In this document: positions 1-14,332 of the stretch, one piece after another
Numbering within the stretch: the stretch's first letter is position 1
Layout of the letters: each line of letters opens with the position of its first letter
NCBI GenBank assembly: GCA_012295275.1
Contig: CM022672.1
Location: 4,216,001 to 4,280,000, forward strand
Reading direction: 5' to 3'
DNA: 64,000 nt
Origin: Chrysomallon squamiferum
Lineage: Eukaryota > Animalia > Mollusca
Position numbers and translations under genes: made by a program
Notes under the pieces: generated by a model
The model's database searches: none
Seen by the model: only the letters and a program-made list of their open reading frames with translations
Told to the model about the DNA's origin: nothing

Positions 1-1029
1 TACATACACAATCACAATAAACTTTTGCACTTCCTAAGATTTGAACAAACCACATTCTACTTTTCTTTCCTCAAGTCATACAAAAAAAAAAACATTATTA
101 TTTTTATTATTATTATTTTTTGAATATTTACTATAAATAAACAAATGATATTCATATTTAAATTTACTATCTGAATAATAATCTAAGCTAACTGCTGATC
201 CAAAAAATCCAAAACCTTGCTGGTTTTATCATTCTCACCAACAAGTGGGTTTTATTTCTGACCTGTCCTGACCCCCTCACCCCCTTTCTCTGTCCCCTTT
301 GTGTGTGCAGGATCTCTCCTTAGCCTGGATATTAAGTGGAAGATTATTATTGTGGTCTCAGGTAGCCCAGACAAATACACAGACATTAGAAAAAGTAATA
401 GGTGTGTGAGAATTAATGTATCAGGTGAGAGAGAGAAAGACAATTTAAAATCACTTGAAAGTTCATGTCTGTGATTTATATATATATATATGATCGAAAC
501 AGATGTGAATTTTATATACAAGTATGTATATATGTATTTATCTATGTATGTAGGCTCAAAACAAACATGAATTTTATATACATGTACATTTGTGTGTACC
601 TATATACAACACACAGTGAGAAGTAAAATATACGTAATAATTATAAAGATAATAAAACAAATCCTTAGATATATATATACACATCTCCAGTGAAAATTGA
701 AATATGTCAGACTTTGGCACATTATCTTACATGACTCCAGTAGACGTGTGTTTACAGCCAGTATAAAGTAATGACAATCGCGATGTGCTTACACTGTGAG
801 AATTAAGGTTTAATCCTGCAGTTTGTGTCTGTTTAGTGCAGTTAGGTGATTGAGAGAAACTGATCTGAGGAAATTCTGAGAACGTCTGGGTGAAAGTTAT
901 TGCATATCTCTGTATAAACATGAGTTATTATTTTACACGTAAACACACACACATGTATCATATACGTACATACATTAATATACATAAATACATGAAAAAT
1001 AACATTCATAACACAGAGCATTTGTAACA

Positions 1030-1320
1030 TGCAGCATTTCAAACAGGGATCATTTCTAACACAGAACCTCAAACTGGGACCATTTTTGACATACACCATT
1101 TAAACCAGGGACTAATATAGCACTTCAAAGTGGGACCACTTCTTGCAATGATCACCATGAAAAATGAACCATTTCTAACATCTAGCATTTTACACAGGGG
1201 CCATTTCTAACAGTGAACCTCAGACTAGGGGCCATTTGTAACACTGACCACCGCAGACAAGAGGTTTTTCATGCACCACTTCAAAGTGGGATGGATTCTG
1301 ACATGGGACCTCTTCAACAT
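1030..1320. repeat. Degenerate ~30-bp tandem repeat
   Basis: Recurrent GGGACCATTTCTAACA-like core. Confidence 0.7.
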
Positions 1321-2149
1321 TTATGGTCCCACAAAGAATGGCTGCCAAAAGATGACTGGATGTAAGCAAACAGGGGGATTTTCTCAAGTGAGTGAGCAGC
1401 ACAATGAAGTGAAACTCAGTGGAGCAGTTTGTCAACAGGTCATTACCGTGACAGATGTTTCCACAAACAAGGCAGACAAGATGGTCGTCCACCTAGGAAA
1501 CTGCCATTGTGATTTATTGGTGCCAGTTCATGAAGATAATTTAACCCTTTTTTGAAAGTCATACTCCAGGTATGAAGATGTGATGGATGGCTAGAATGAA
1601 TGAATGAATGAATGAATGAAATAAAGGAGAGAATGAATTAAAAAAAAGAAAAAGAATGAACTAAAGATGAAATTTTTTTTTAATGATTTAATGAAAAAGA
1701 AAAATAATCAATAAATCAACCAATCAATCAATAAATCAGTCAGACAGCTGGTTAATCAATCAGTGAGTTAGTCTGTAGTTTAATGTTAACTCTTTATATT
1801 TTTATATTAACTGCTGTGTTTCATTCATTTGAATTTTAAATAATAGTACAGGAGAAAAAAGCCAAAGAAGCAAATTTTTGGTTTCTTTTATTAAATTACT
1901 TGTTTATTTTCTTCCTCACTTTATTTCTGTTGTTTTTGTTGTGTTTATTTATTCACCTAAATTCACCTTAACAGAGATTCCGCTCAGAATATACCTAACT
2001 ACAGGATAACACATACCACATACTTAGTTATGCAATCGTTCAGATCACTGTAGCTAATAATATATCAACAGTACACCAACAATACGGCATGTAATTATTA
2101 TCTACTTAAATACACCAAAACAGTATTTATGCTAAGAATACAGACAACA

Positions 2150-2900
2150 TGACAATACACCACAAACTAAATTACATAACTAAATTTAGCATAATATACA
2201 ATTTAGAATACATCAGTAATATGATAATACATGCCACACACTAAATTACAGAGCAAAATTCAACTTAACTGAGGGCAAAAATATAATATACCAATGATAC
2301 AGCCCAATCCATATACAAAATTACATAGCTAGATTTAATAGTAACCAAAATTTTCAAATTAGTAACACTATATCTTCAGCATGATAAGATATACCATTAT
2401 ATTAAATTACACAGCTAAATCTGACTTAACAGTAAGATATACTCTTAAAGATTTTGTCAGCAAAAACATATTTTAATAAACCAACAATACAGCCACATAC
2501 TGAATTATATAGTTAAATTTAACTTGACAGTAAAGTGTATTCTTAAAGCTTTTGTGGGCAAAAATATCTTTAATATACCAACAGTACAGCCCATACCATA
2601 CACTGAAAAATATAGCTAAATTTAACAGTAATGTGACTAAGAATATGACCGAAAAATTTCATTCAGTCTAGTAATAACAATCATCTCTATATCATAACAT
2701 ACATACCAAAAACTAAACTACATGGCCAAATTTAAGAATAATATGATTTAGAATATGACCAAAACTTTCATTCAGTGTCATAACAATAATTATCTCTACA
2801 TCATAACACAAACACACTGAAAACTAAATTACATGGCTAAATTTAAGAGTAACATGATTTAGAATACGACAAAAACTTTCTTTCAGTCTAGTAAACAATA
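2150..2900. repeat. Degenerate tandem repeat with ~110-120-bp higher-order units
   Basis: Recurrent AATTACATAGCTAAATTTAA. Three near-copies of ...AGAATATGACC.AAAA.TTTCATTCAGT... at ~2640, ~2750 and ~2860. Confidence 0.7.
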
Positions 2901-4042
2901 TACCTAAACAGAGCTTACAACAAACTCAGAGCTGTGTTCAAACTGAGAATACTGTATTTACTGTGTGGTTTCCAGTGTCTCAGGTACTGAAGTACTGGTT
3001 ATAATATCATGTTTACATCACAGCTTACACAGCATATCATTGCAAAGTATCAGTTACGTGTGTGATGACATGTAATTGTCATATAATTGACACCTCTGTG
3101 AAGATGTAATGACAAGGCAGTGGTTAGTGTTATGTTGGTGATGAAATGCTTTCCGATGAGATTTGTGTCCACACACTGTAATGATGATGTGTGTAGCATC
3201 ACCGATGAGGGAAAGATCAATGGAAAAAAAAATGAAGGTGGTTTTAAGGATTTGTGATATGTCAGTATCTTCACCAAAAATAATAAAATGTGTGTTTTAA
3301 ATATAGTATTTTTATTGTTCTTGTGAAATAATTAAATAAACCTATAACAACAGCAACAACAATACAACAATAAATAATAATAATACAAATTTTTAAATAA
3401 AAATATAATTATCAAATTAATAATAAACAATTAAATTTTATAAATAAATAAAATGATAAATAAATATATAAATCTATAAATATCCCTGAAATAAATAAAT
3501 TTATAATAAATTAATTAAGTAATAATAAATAAATAAATAAAACTTTGTACATTTATTGAATACAATGGTGTGTTTTTTTTTAAGTAAATGGAAAAGTTTG
3601 GGATAAGAATACCAAGGACAGATAAATACAGATTTATGGTTTACTGAAGCTATGGATATATATTTATATATTTAGAAATGTAACTAAATATTGAAAATAT
3701 ATGTATATATTTATATATATATACATACATACATATACATATATATATATTTTACAGTATAATATATTGCATACACATACACACAATCATACACACACTA
3801 ACAAAGACAGACACAAACACATGTACACACATGCTCTTATTCAAATACAAACATGCAATCACACACATACACAGACACAATCCATTTCTAATAATATTAT
3901 TATGTTCATAAAATGTTCAGATGTTTCACATTCATTCTGCAATTCTCTATGCAGACAATGTTAATAACAGCTCTAACAACAAAATGTCTGCCATATTGTT
4001 TCAATCAAAACAGAGCCAAGCAAGTTGTCTCCCCAGCGTCCC

Positions 4043-4126
4043 AGCCAATCAAATTTGACAACTGTGCAGATATTAACCAATCGGAATTGACAACTGTGTG
4101 GATATTAGCCAATCAAAGTTGACAAG
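4043..4126. promoter_or_regulatory. Three tandem CCAAT boxes, each followed by TTGACAA
   Basis: CCAATC at 4045, 4077 and 4109, an exact 32-bp period. Confidence 0.45.
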
Positions 4127-4998
4127 AATGTGGCTTGCCATCATGTTTTGTTAAGAGAAAAAAACTTGAATTGTACATGCCAAAGATTCAAGCGCCATAG
4201 TGGAATGAAATAATGTTAATTTGTTCTGCAGGAGTAGTCTGAAACAGAGTGGGAAAAGAAACAAAACAAAAGAAAAAAGAACAATGGTGTGAAAATATTA
4301 AGAGAGAAAAAAAAAAAAAAAAAAAACTGTAGATCTATGAATGAAACTGTTTCTTACACACAAATATTTCTAGTCACAGCTTCAGGTTTGGGAAATTTCG
4401 TTAAACTGTTTAGATTATTTTCCAGTCTGGTCTGTCTTAACTAGCTCTGAAGGAATTTTTTCATGAACTTTCATTAAATGGACAGAAGGAAAATAAAGCC
4501 TCAAAACCAGAATAAAAAACTTTATCACTTTTCACAGACATTTGAACCAAAACTGCTCATCCAAATTATTTACACAAGAAATTTCTCCCCATTCAGGATT
4601 GTGCTGCATAATAAGTTGATTTGTGAATTTTCATTAAAATGAAGAGTTAAAAAAAAAAAGTAACTTCAAACTAAGAATGATAAACTTTACTTTCATTTTT
4701 AAAAAAACATTTCTTCCCAAATCTAACAATTCAAATTATATCATATACCAGTTTACAATGTAAAATGAAAAAAAAAAAAAAAAAAAGAGAGATAAATATG
4801 TACAGAAATAAAAATATGAAAATTTTCGTGCATTGTAAAGACATTTACAACCTTCTAATTCAAATGATGAAAAACATTTAAGTTTTATTCAGTCTGTAAA
4901 TTCAACAGATTATGAGAAGTAAAGAAGTGAAAAGTTATTTATTTAAAAAAGTTTAATGTGTCTTTCAAAAGCTTTATTTATTTATTTATTTATTTATT

Positions 4999-5038
<40 letters not shown>

Positions 5039-5749
5039 ATGATTTATTCTTATTATTATCATTATTATTATTATTATATTATCATAATTTTATTGTTGTT
5101 GTTGTTGTTAGCAGTAGCAGCAGTAGTACTTAAATAGGTCAAATAATTCTTAGCTTACTAATTTCAAAACTATATTTGAGGAGAAAAAAAAAAAAAAAAA
5201 GTAAAAACAAAATTAAAAAATGTAATTTGACTAATTGTGTCTTTCATCTTATTTAACAAATTTTCCAGACCATTAAATTTTCTGGCTGACTTGTTTCAGA
5301 AGTAATTAAATTTTGTTTAAAACACAGATTCACTACAAAACCAATAATTACATAACACATTAGCTCAATAATTTAATAAACATCAAAATAAAAATTCTTT
5401 CTTTATTGATCTAAATAATAAAGTAAAAAAAAAAAAAAAAAATAAATTAAAAAATGGGAGTAATAATAATAATTAGCGATTTAAAAAAAAAAAAATATAT
5501 ATATATATATATATAAAAGGAATGTTTATTCTATAAAGAATGTTTAAACAGAATTTTTCACTAATAATAATAATTATTTTTTCTTACAAGCACATCTAGA
5601 GAGACATACCTATATTATTATTATTGTTGTTGTTGTTGTAGTTATCACATTTCTTTTGCCATGTAAGTTTTAAATATATTCACTGTCAAAATCAAGAACA
5701 ATATAATAATAAAAGTGATAAAAACATTAGTAACAACAACAGTAATGAC

Positions 5750-5963
5750 ACATTAATAATGATAATAACAATAACAAAAATAATCCTAATAGCAATAATA
5801 ATAAAAAACTTTAAAAATAATTAAAATAGTAGTAATAATAATAATAACAGTAGTAGTAATAATAGTAATAATAATAGTAATAACAACAACAACAGTAGTA
5901 ATAATAGTAATAATAATAATAATAACAACAACACAACAACAACAACAACAACAACAACAATAA
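5750..5963. repeat. (TAA/TAG/CAA)n trinucleotide microsatellite
   Basis: Seen directly. Confidence 0.95.
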
Positions 5964-7617
5964 TCTTGTAATGCTAACAAGAGTCACTGCTAATATAAAA
6001 CAAAAAAAACTCTGCAACTCTGCACATCAAAGTGTTGAACAGAAGCTTCAGGAGGTCTGTATAAAGTTCAATAACAGAAGCAGTCAGAATTGTAGAAACA
6101 ATTATTCATTAGGCAACACACAAACTGTCCATAATGTCAAAACTAGGACCAGAAATATTTGTCATGTCCACAGGCTTTGTCTGCTGGAGAAACAAACAGC
6201 AAAAACAGACGACTTTTCAAAGGACAACCATTCCATGAAGCTTCTGCCATTTTTGTTTTGACTTGTTGAAGGAGGCAGACTGAAAATGCATTAAAGTCTT
6301 ACATAAATTGTGAGGTTTGTAGGGTTATGTTACTGTGTTATTTGTCTTCTGATGGGCAGGAGTTTGTCAAGCAAGACAAATGATTATTTTAACTGTTAAA
6401 ACAATTGATGAATGTTTTTTTTTAGTGTGTTTTTTTTGTGTGTGTTTGCTTTTCATGAACAACTAATATGACAAAGTATGTAAGTGTATATCTAGGGTGG
6501 TATGATTGTGTGTATGTTCTGTGTTGTGTGTGTGTGTATATATAATAATATATATGTATCTTCTGAAAACAATTAGGATCACTTAGCTGGAATTAAAATG
6601 GACCACTCCCTATTGTTAGTAGTAGTGGTAGCAATAGTAGCAGCAGCAGCATAATGGTGGTGATAATAGCATTAGTAGTAGTAGTAATAGTATTGTAGTG
6701 GTAGAAGTAGCAACAGTTATAGCAGTAGCAGCAGCTGATACTGCCACAGAAGTAGTAATAATACTAATAGTTGTTGTGTAGTAGTAGTAGTAGTAGTAGT
6801 AGAAAACAGCAATGGTGGTGTTGTCACTGGACTAGTAGCTATCCCTGTAGTAACAGTGGTAGCTCTAACAGTAATAGTATTACAGGTAATAACAGAATGT
6901 ATTTTGTACCAGCTTTGACCTGTTATACAGAAGAGTTACAATAATAGAAATAATAGTAATAGAGATGGCACAAGTATATATATATTAGTCACTATACATA
7001 ATTATTACATGCATATATTATACATATCTTTTCAGCAGTGGTAGTAGCAGTAGTAGTAGTAGCAGTAGCAGCAGTTGCTCAACCACTCCTGCTAAGTAGA
7101 TTATGAAGCTGTTTGTTATTCTTCCTTTTGAAAAAAAAGAGACGATAAATGATAAAATCATACGAATAATTGCTGAGCTCTGTACAAGTCATCACCGACT
7201 CATCTAAAAGTACTTGAGAAATCTCCTGCTGCAGGTAAAATTGTAAACCACATTTTGTGTGTGAACACTTGCACACTGCACATGCAGAGTGTCACTGCAG
7301 GAGCGCATCTGTGCCTTTTCACAGATTTAAATTTTTATTTTTTTCTTTTTTTTTAAAGTAAAGAAAGAAAAATGAAAGAAAAGTGTAAAGAAATGGAGAA
7401 TGAGAAGGGGAGGGAGAGAGGGAGAAAGAGTGAGAGGGAGGGAGTAAAAGAGGGAGAAAGAGAAAAGAGAGGAAGAGAGAGAGAGAGAAGAAGAAGGGAA
7501 GGTAAAGATGAGAAAGAGTGAGAGAGAAAAGTAAAAGGTAAAAAGATGAAGTTAGAGATATGGCGAGAAGAAAGAGAGAATATCTGAGTATGTGTGGGTG
7601 GGTGAGAAACAGAGAAA

Positions 7618-7858
<241 letters not shown>

Positions 7859-8468
7859 CATGAGACTGAAAAACAGGGTGTGATTTTGAAAGTAAGAGAA
7901 CATACATGCATGAAGAGAAACATAGTCATGTGGAGAGAAAAAATATTTTTGAATAATCAGTGGTTCGAGAACTGAGCCAGATGTGTGAGAGTGGAAAGCT
8001 GATGAGTTTTAAATTACGGGTTATGAGCTAGGAAAATATGATGCCGAAAGCCTTGAGTTCCGTTTACCGAACTGCAGCAACAGTTTGAAGAAGTGTAAAA
8101 ACATGCCTGGGCGCTATGAGAAGAGGATCAATCATTAGCACCCTGGGGATGTAGGTATGAGGAATTCCAACCCACTTGACGCCTCAGGATTCCTGATGTC
8201 TTTATTGCGTGCGTGAGGGCAGGAAATGTTTGTGTGTTTTATCTCAAAACATCACATCCTGTGCCGCATTCATGGCAAATTAAGAACTTCTTCATTCATA
8301 ACTACAAACGATTCACCAATTACTGGGCTCGCCACCTCCTGGTCCACCAAGGTGAAGTCTTTCACTTTACACTCCGACGAAGAAGATGTTGGTAGAAAGT
8401 TTATCACAGAGGAACACTGATTAAGGGATTAACACAAACAGATGCACGCATTCTCTAACAGTGGCAGA

Positions 8469-8533
8469 ACACACACACACACACACACACACACTCACTC
8501 ACTCACACTCACTAACACACACACACTCACTCA

Positions 8534-8572
<39 letters not shown>

Positions 8573-8742
8573 TCACTCACACACACATACACATACACAC
8601 TCACACACACACACACACACATTCACACACATGCACGCACACAGACACACTCACACACACATTCACACACATCCATGCACACACACACTCATTCACACAC
8701 ACAAACACACACACACTCACACTCACACACACACATACACAC
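8469..8742. repeat. (CA)n-rich microsatellite
   Basis: Seen directly. Confidence 0.95.
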
Positions 8743-11700
8743 ATGGCTATATAGATACACAGACTGGTCTTATGATAATAGAACACAAAGACATATATAG
8801 ATTTATATAGATACAAATAAACAGATGCACATAGGCCTATATACTAAATGCACATTAGCACAATCAACACAAACTAAAAAACACACACACACAGATTATA
8901 TATATATATATACACACATTCTTACACATACACACACAGACACAAACACACAGGAATGCAGATATAAACTTACATATAAATGCCCACAATCAAGTACATA
9001 TTTCCATACATGCAGACACACACATAAACAGAAACACACACGAATACAGACACACATAATACACATCTATTTTGCTATCATCACTCAATGGATAAATGGA
9101 TGGGTGGATGGATGGATATATTAATAAATATATATATATACACACACATATATACATATATATGGTCAGATAGATAAATTGACAGGAAAAATAAATTAAG
9201 TAAAAGATAGATAAACAGACTCACATAAACATAGAACATTTTTTTTTTTTTAAATCATATGAATGCTTTTCTAAAAAAGAAAGTTTTACTTAAATGTGTT
9301 TTAGTTTAAGAATGTTTTTTTCACCAAACACTGGAGGAGAAGCAGCTCCTCTCTGTCTGCAGGGCCACTTAATTGACAGCGAAGCGATCAAGACAAAACA
9401 GCTAGTCTAACTAAGACAATTTTGACAGACACTTCCTGTCTTTCGGAACGGCCATATTTCCAGAGAGAGAGAGCTCCGGCACATGCTGCCAATGAGCTGG
9501 TGAGTTGTAAAAGAGGCAAACTGCAATAATTTACCTCAGAAGTGAATTATGGCTACCAGTGAGAAAAAAAAAAAAAAAAATTAAAAAATATTTTTTTGTT
9601 GGAAACGTCAAAATCCGTTACAGCTTTTTTTATTTTGATTATTTTTTCTTTTTTTTTTTTTTTTTCTCTTTAAGTCTTTTTTTTTTTTTTTTTTTACTTT
9701 TTTTCCTTTTTTTAATTTTTATTGTTTTTTTTTTTTTTTTAAAGCAACTAGTAGGGTTGGTTTTTTTGGGGGTTTTTTTGTGGGTTCTTTTTTGTCACTG
9801 TTTTTGTTTTCATTTTTTTTTGAAAAAATGTTCCTTCCACTGCTTTCATTTTTATTTTCATTATTTTTCTGGTAATGAGGTTAATTTTATTTTGGTTTTA
9901 ATTTTCATTTTGTTGATGGTTGTTCTTGGTGTGATTTCTTAATATCATAATTTTCATTAGACCTTCCTTTTATTTGATCTCAGGAATTGCTATTTTAGTT
10001 TCTTTATTTTTGAATCTTTATTTTTTTATTATTATTATTATTATTTTTTTTTTTTTACATGGTAAAAATGTTTTTTTTCTTTTTTTTTTCTTAATTTTTT
10101 TTCTCATCACTAATTAAAAAATCTATTTGCATTTTGTTGATAATTTATGGCACCTAATTTATTCTGGGGCTGAGTAGAGGTTTTTTTTCACACTGAAATT
10201 TTCTCTTTTCCAAAAAATTTAAACCATGAATCTTCAAACACTTACTTAAATTATTTTACACCAAAAATAAAACAAATGAAAGTCACAGAAACATTAAACA
10301 TTGATACTTAAAGAGAGAACAAAAACTGCTTTAAGGATATCAAAGTAAAAAGAAAAATGTTAAAAGAAAAGGAGGATGTGTAAAAATTCTTTGAGGTTGT
10401 CTGTAATTAACTTCCATTTTTAAAATTTAAAATTTATATTCGTTCCTAAAAAAAAAGAAAAAATTCTAAATTATTGCACAGTCAAAACATTTTTTCCTCA
10501 CATTTTCAGGTATTTCATGTATGTATGCTGATTTTACTGTTAAATATTACTGTGTATTACATATCTTTATTTGTATGATCAACTGGAATAAAATTACAAC
10601 AAATATCATTACCGTAATACCATAATTTTTGTATCATTTTTTGTTTTTTTAAAGTTTAAAACATTTTATTACTAAAATTTATATTTTTAAACTGCTTGTA
10701 AAGCCAGTTTTACTGGATTTGTTTTAGTTCTTGGATTTTTTTGTTGGTTTATTTGTTTACAGTTTTTTTTCACATTAATATAATATTCAAGACACATGAG
10801 TACACTTTTAAAACAAAATGGTTTTTGAAACAATATTAAAAAAATAATGATTGTCCAAAGACTGATTGTTGGCTAAAATTACCTGATTTATTATAAATTA
10901 TGTGAATCCAAAGTATTACAGTACATCAAAATAATGATGAACTGAATTGTTATTATTTTATTTAAAAAAAAAAAAAAATGGGCTAACATAATAATGATCA
11001 CAACTTGATGTTTTGGTTAAAGTGGACTAAAATAAAGATCCAAACTTGCAGTTTTTATTACAGTGTGTTTTAAAATAACATTAAACTCAACTTGCAGTTT
11101 TTGTTACAGGTTGGACTAGAATAATGATCACAATTCTCAGTTCTTGCTGAACTGGGTTAAAATAATTTAAAAAACTCAACCTGCAGCCAGCTTCCTGACA
11201 GCAAGCCAAGTATCAGTAGCACGACATGCAAGTTTTTCTGATAATGGGACAAATAATTTAATAAATTAGAAGGAAATGGAAAGTTAAACCGATGCTTCTG
11301 ATAAACTCTTCGCATTAATATGTGCTAAGTTATTGTCCCGATTTCCATTTCAGATAGCAGGCGACTTCCTTTCTGCAGTGAAAGAAGATAGCTGTGGTCT
11401 GGCCCCTGATCAGCGACAACTGGAGAATACTGCAGCTATTCCATCCAGATGTAATATCTCATGTAGACACAAGTGGTTGAGTGATATGGGATAGATAGAC
11501 AGAGAGTGAAAAAAAAAAAAAAAAAAGAGAGAAAAAAGACAGAGACAAATAGGCAGAACGACAGAGAAATATCAGAATGTTGTATTTGTCTCTTTATTTT
11601 ATGCAGATGTAATGTTTCATATTCAGAGAAAGAAAGTTGTGAGGGAGAAAGATGTTGACAGTCATGCAGAGACAGCATAAGTTAAAGAGAGAGAGACAGA

Positions 11701-12690
11701 GAGAGACAAACTGAGACAGAGGAGAGAGACAGACAGACACAGACACAGAGACAGAGACAGAGAGAGGGAGTGAGAGTGAGAGACAGACAGACAGACACAG
11801 AGAGAGAGAGACACAGACAGAGACTGAGAGAGATAGAGACACAGACAGAGACTGAGAGAGACAGAGAGAGGGGGTGGGGAAAATTAAACAGAAACAGAGA
11901 AAAAGAAGAGGGTAAATGATATAATGATATAGAAATAAAGAGTGAAAGAATGAGAAAGTAAAAACCTGAGACAAAAAGTTAAAGAAGAAAAAAACCCACA
12001 GAAACAGTAACAGACAAAAAGAGAGATAACAATGAGAGAGAAAACAAACTGAGAATGATAAGGATTGAGACTCACAGAAAAAATAAAATAAAGAATGATG
12101 TAAAATAAACAATAAAATTTCTTACACGACAAAATAAAAGAGAAACAGAAACAAAATTCAAGAGATCTGAAAAAATACACACAATTAAAATTTAAAATAA
12201 CTCTTTAAAAAAAAAAAGAAGAAGAAAAAAGTTATAAATCATCAAACACCCATATATTCTATTACAGAAAGTAAGGCAGGCATGTTTTTCGTATAATTTG
12301 GCATCAAAACAACTTGTTTGAAATATTTTAAAGATGAACAAATACCTATAATATCTTACTCGCTCCTGTTATATATCACAACATAAACATCTTGTTTACA
12401 TTTTTAGTTCTTTACCTGGCAGTAAAAGCCAGGTGAAAGGAAGTGATTACTTTTAGAAAAGTGGGGGGTGTGAAGTAATTTATTTTTAATTCTGTAAGAT
12501 GTTTGTTTACCTGTAACTTCCACACATCTCTCTTAAGACTTGATGACCAGCTTTGTTGGACAGACACACAGACTCATATATGTACATCCAGTCAGTAATA
12601 TATACACAGACATGTAGCATACATGTACAACCAAGAAAATACACACACACACAAATAAATAATTAACATACAGATAAACAGCCATACATA

Positions 12691-12732
<42 letters not shown>

Positions 12733-13223
12733 ATATATATACACACACACATCATATACACATATACATCACACACACACACACACACACAAACAGATAT
12801 ATTTGTGTGCATGTACGTGTATTTGGTGTGAATATGTATCTTTATGTTTGTTTATATGTATATATATTCTCATTTCACAGATAAACAAACATACACCCAT
12901 ATACAAAAAACATCTCTATACAAAAAACATATTGACAGAAAAGTACTATTGTGCTGCCTGTGAAAATCATTTACTTCTTCACTAACGAGTGTTTTGTACA
13001 ACTTCTTTAATGGAGCGTGCTGTTTTGCTGAGTTTTAGTTGATGAAGAGAGAAAAATAACATATTTATCTGTTATCACACGCAGTTACCAGCATCCCAGG
13101 TCTTGATTACAATACTGATAACATACAACTGACACCAATGTCAAATACTTCACATTTGATACAGATTGTCTTTGTTTTTTGTTTTTTTTAAATACAGCAA
13201 AATGAGATAGGAGAAGATGGAGT

Positions 13224-13355
<132 letters not shown>

Positions 13356-13924
13356 AACAGATAAACAGATTCATAGAGAAAGAGAGAAAAATGAACATTG
13401 GAATATATGTTTGTGAAGATTATAAGAAAAAAAAAGATTGAGAGAAAGAGAGACACAGAGAGACTGAATGGGGAAAGGAGAGAGAGAAAAATGAAAGAAA
13501 GAGTGAGTAACAGAAAAGAGAGATATTGTACTCTAACACTAAACATTTAATAAAGATTTTTTTTTTTTTTTTTATACAAACACAGAGTTCAAGAGAGTGA
13601 AAGAGAGCAGATATATATGAACAGAAAGAGAAGAAAAAACAAGAATTAGAGAGAGAGCAAGTGAGAGAACATGTATTAATACACAACTGACATTATTGTG
13701 ATTTGTTTAACATTGATGCATTCTATCTTTGTTCATTGTTCATTCAGACAGAAAAAGAAACAGAATGCATTTATGAGAGAGAGAGAGAGATACACTCAGA
13801 GAGAGATAGATATTCACTTCCTTTCTCACACATACTCAAATACATAAAAAAAAAAAAAAACACAGAGATTAACACACAAACACTCAAATAGTTATTTACA
13901 CTAATCTAAAAACAGTACAAAAAA

Positions 13925-13956
<32 letters not shown>

Positions 13957-14332
13957 GTATATATAAATAAATAATAATTGTAACAGTAACAGTAACAAGG
14001 GCAAAAGAGAGGAATAAAAAACTGAAAGAAATAAAAAAAATAAAAAAAATCCTTAAGAGTCCAATTTTCTTGTCTAAAGTCAGCTAACAACACTGGTTAA
14101 AATGTTTTTGATTCGTTGACGTCTGACAACACATTCGACAGCAGGCCCTGAAGCCCTGCAGTCTGTAAATGGATTAAGTGGCTAATAAGCCGTGAATTAT
14201 CTGATTACTGCACACTTATCTATTAATACCTGAACACAGATTAAACGTCTGGGGGCTGTATGTGGAATGGGTAGACTCTCCAGAGATTCAGCAACAGCTG
14301 AAGCAGATGTAATGTTCATCTAACAGTGTTAT

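Noticed and set aside
1271-1555. 94-aa plus-strand ORF
   Set aside because: It starts within a degenerate tandem repeat, with no recognisable homology or splice support.
8442-9124. HT-repeat and CV-repeat ORFs (many similar across the window)
   Set aside because: Translations of (CA)n/(TG)n microsatellites.
12416-12491. Candidate for the missing NT5C2 exon (ends CTGCCAG|gtaaag like ...NLP-E)
   Set aside because: No similarity to YPNKFIQ...FNLP, wrong length, and a poor polypyrimidine tract. Kept only as a speculative cassette.
14230-14297. Minus-strand AG...GT-bounded segment (RVYPFHIQPPD faintly like QYPNKFIQRDD)
   Set aside because: Stop codons in the required phase. The similarity is at chance level.
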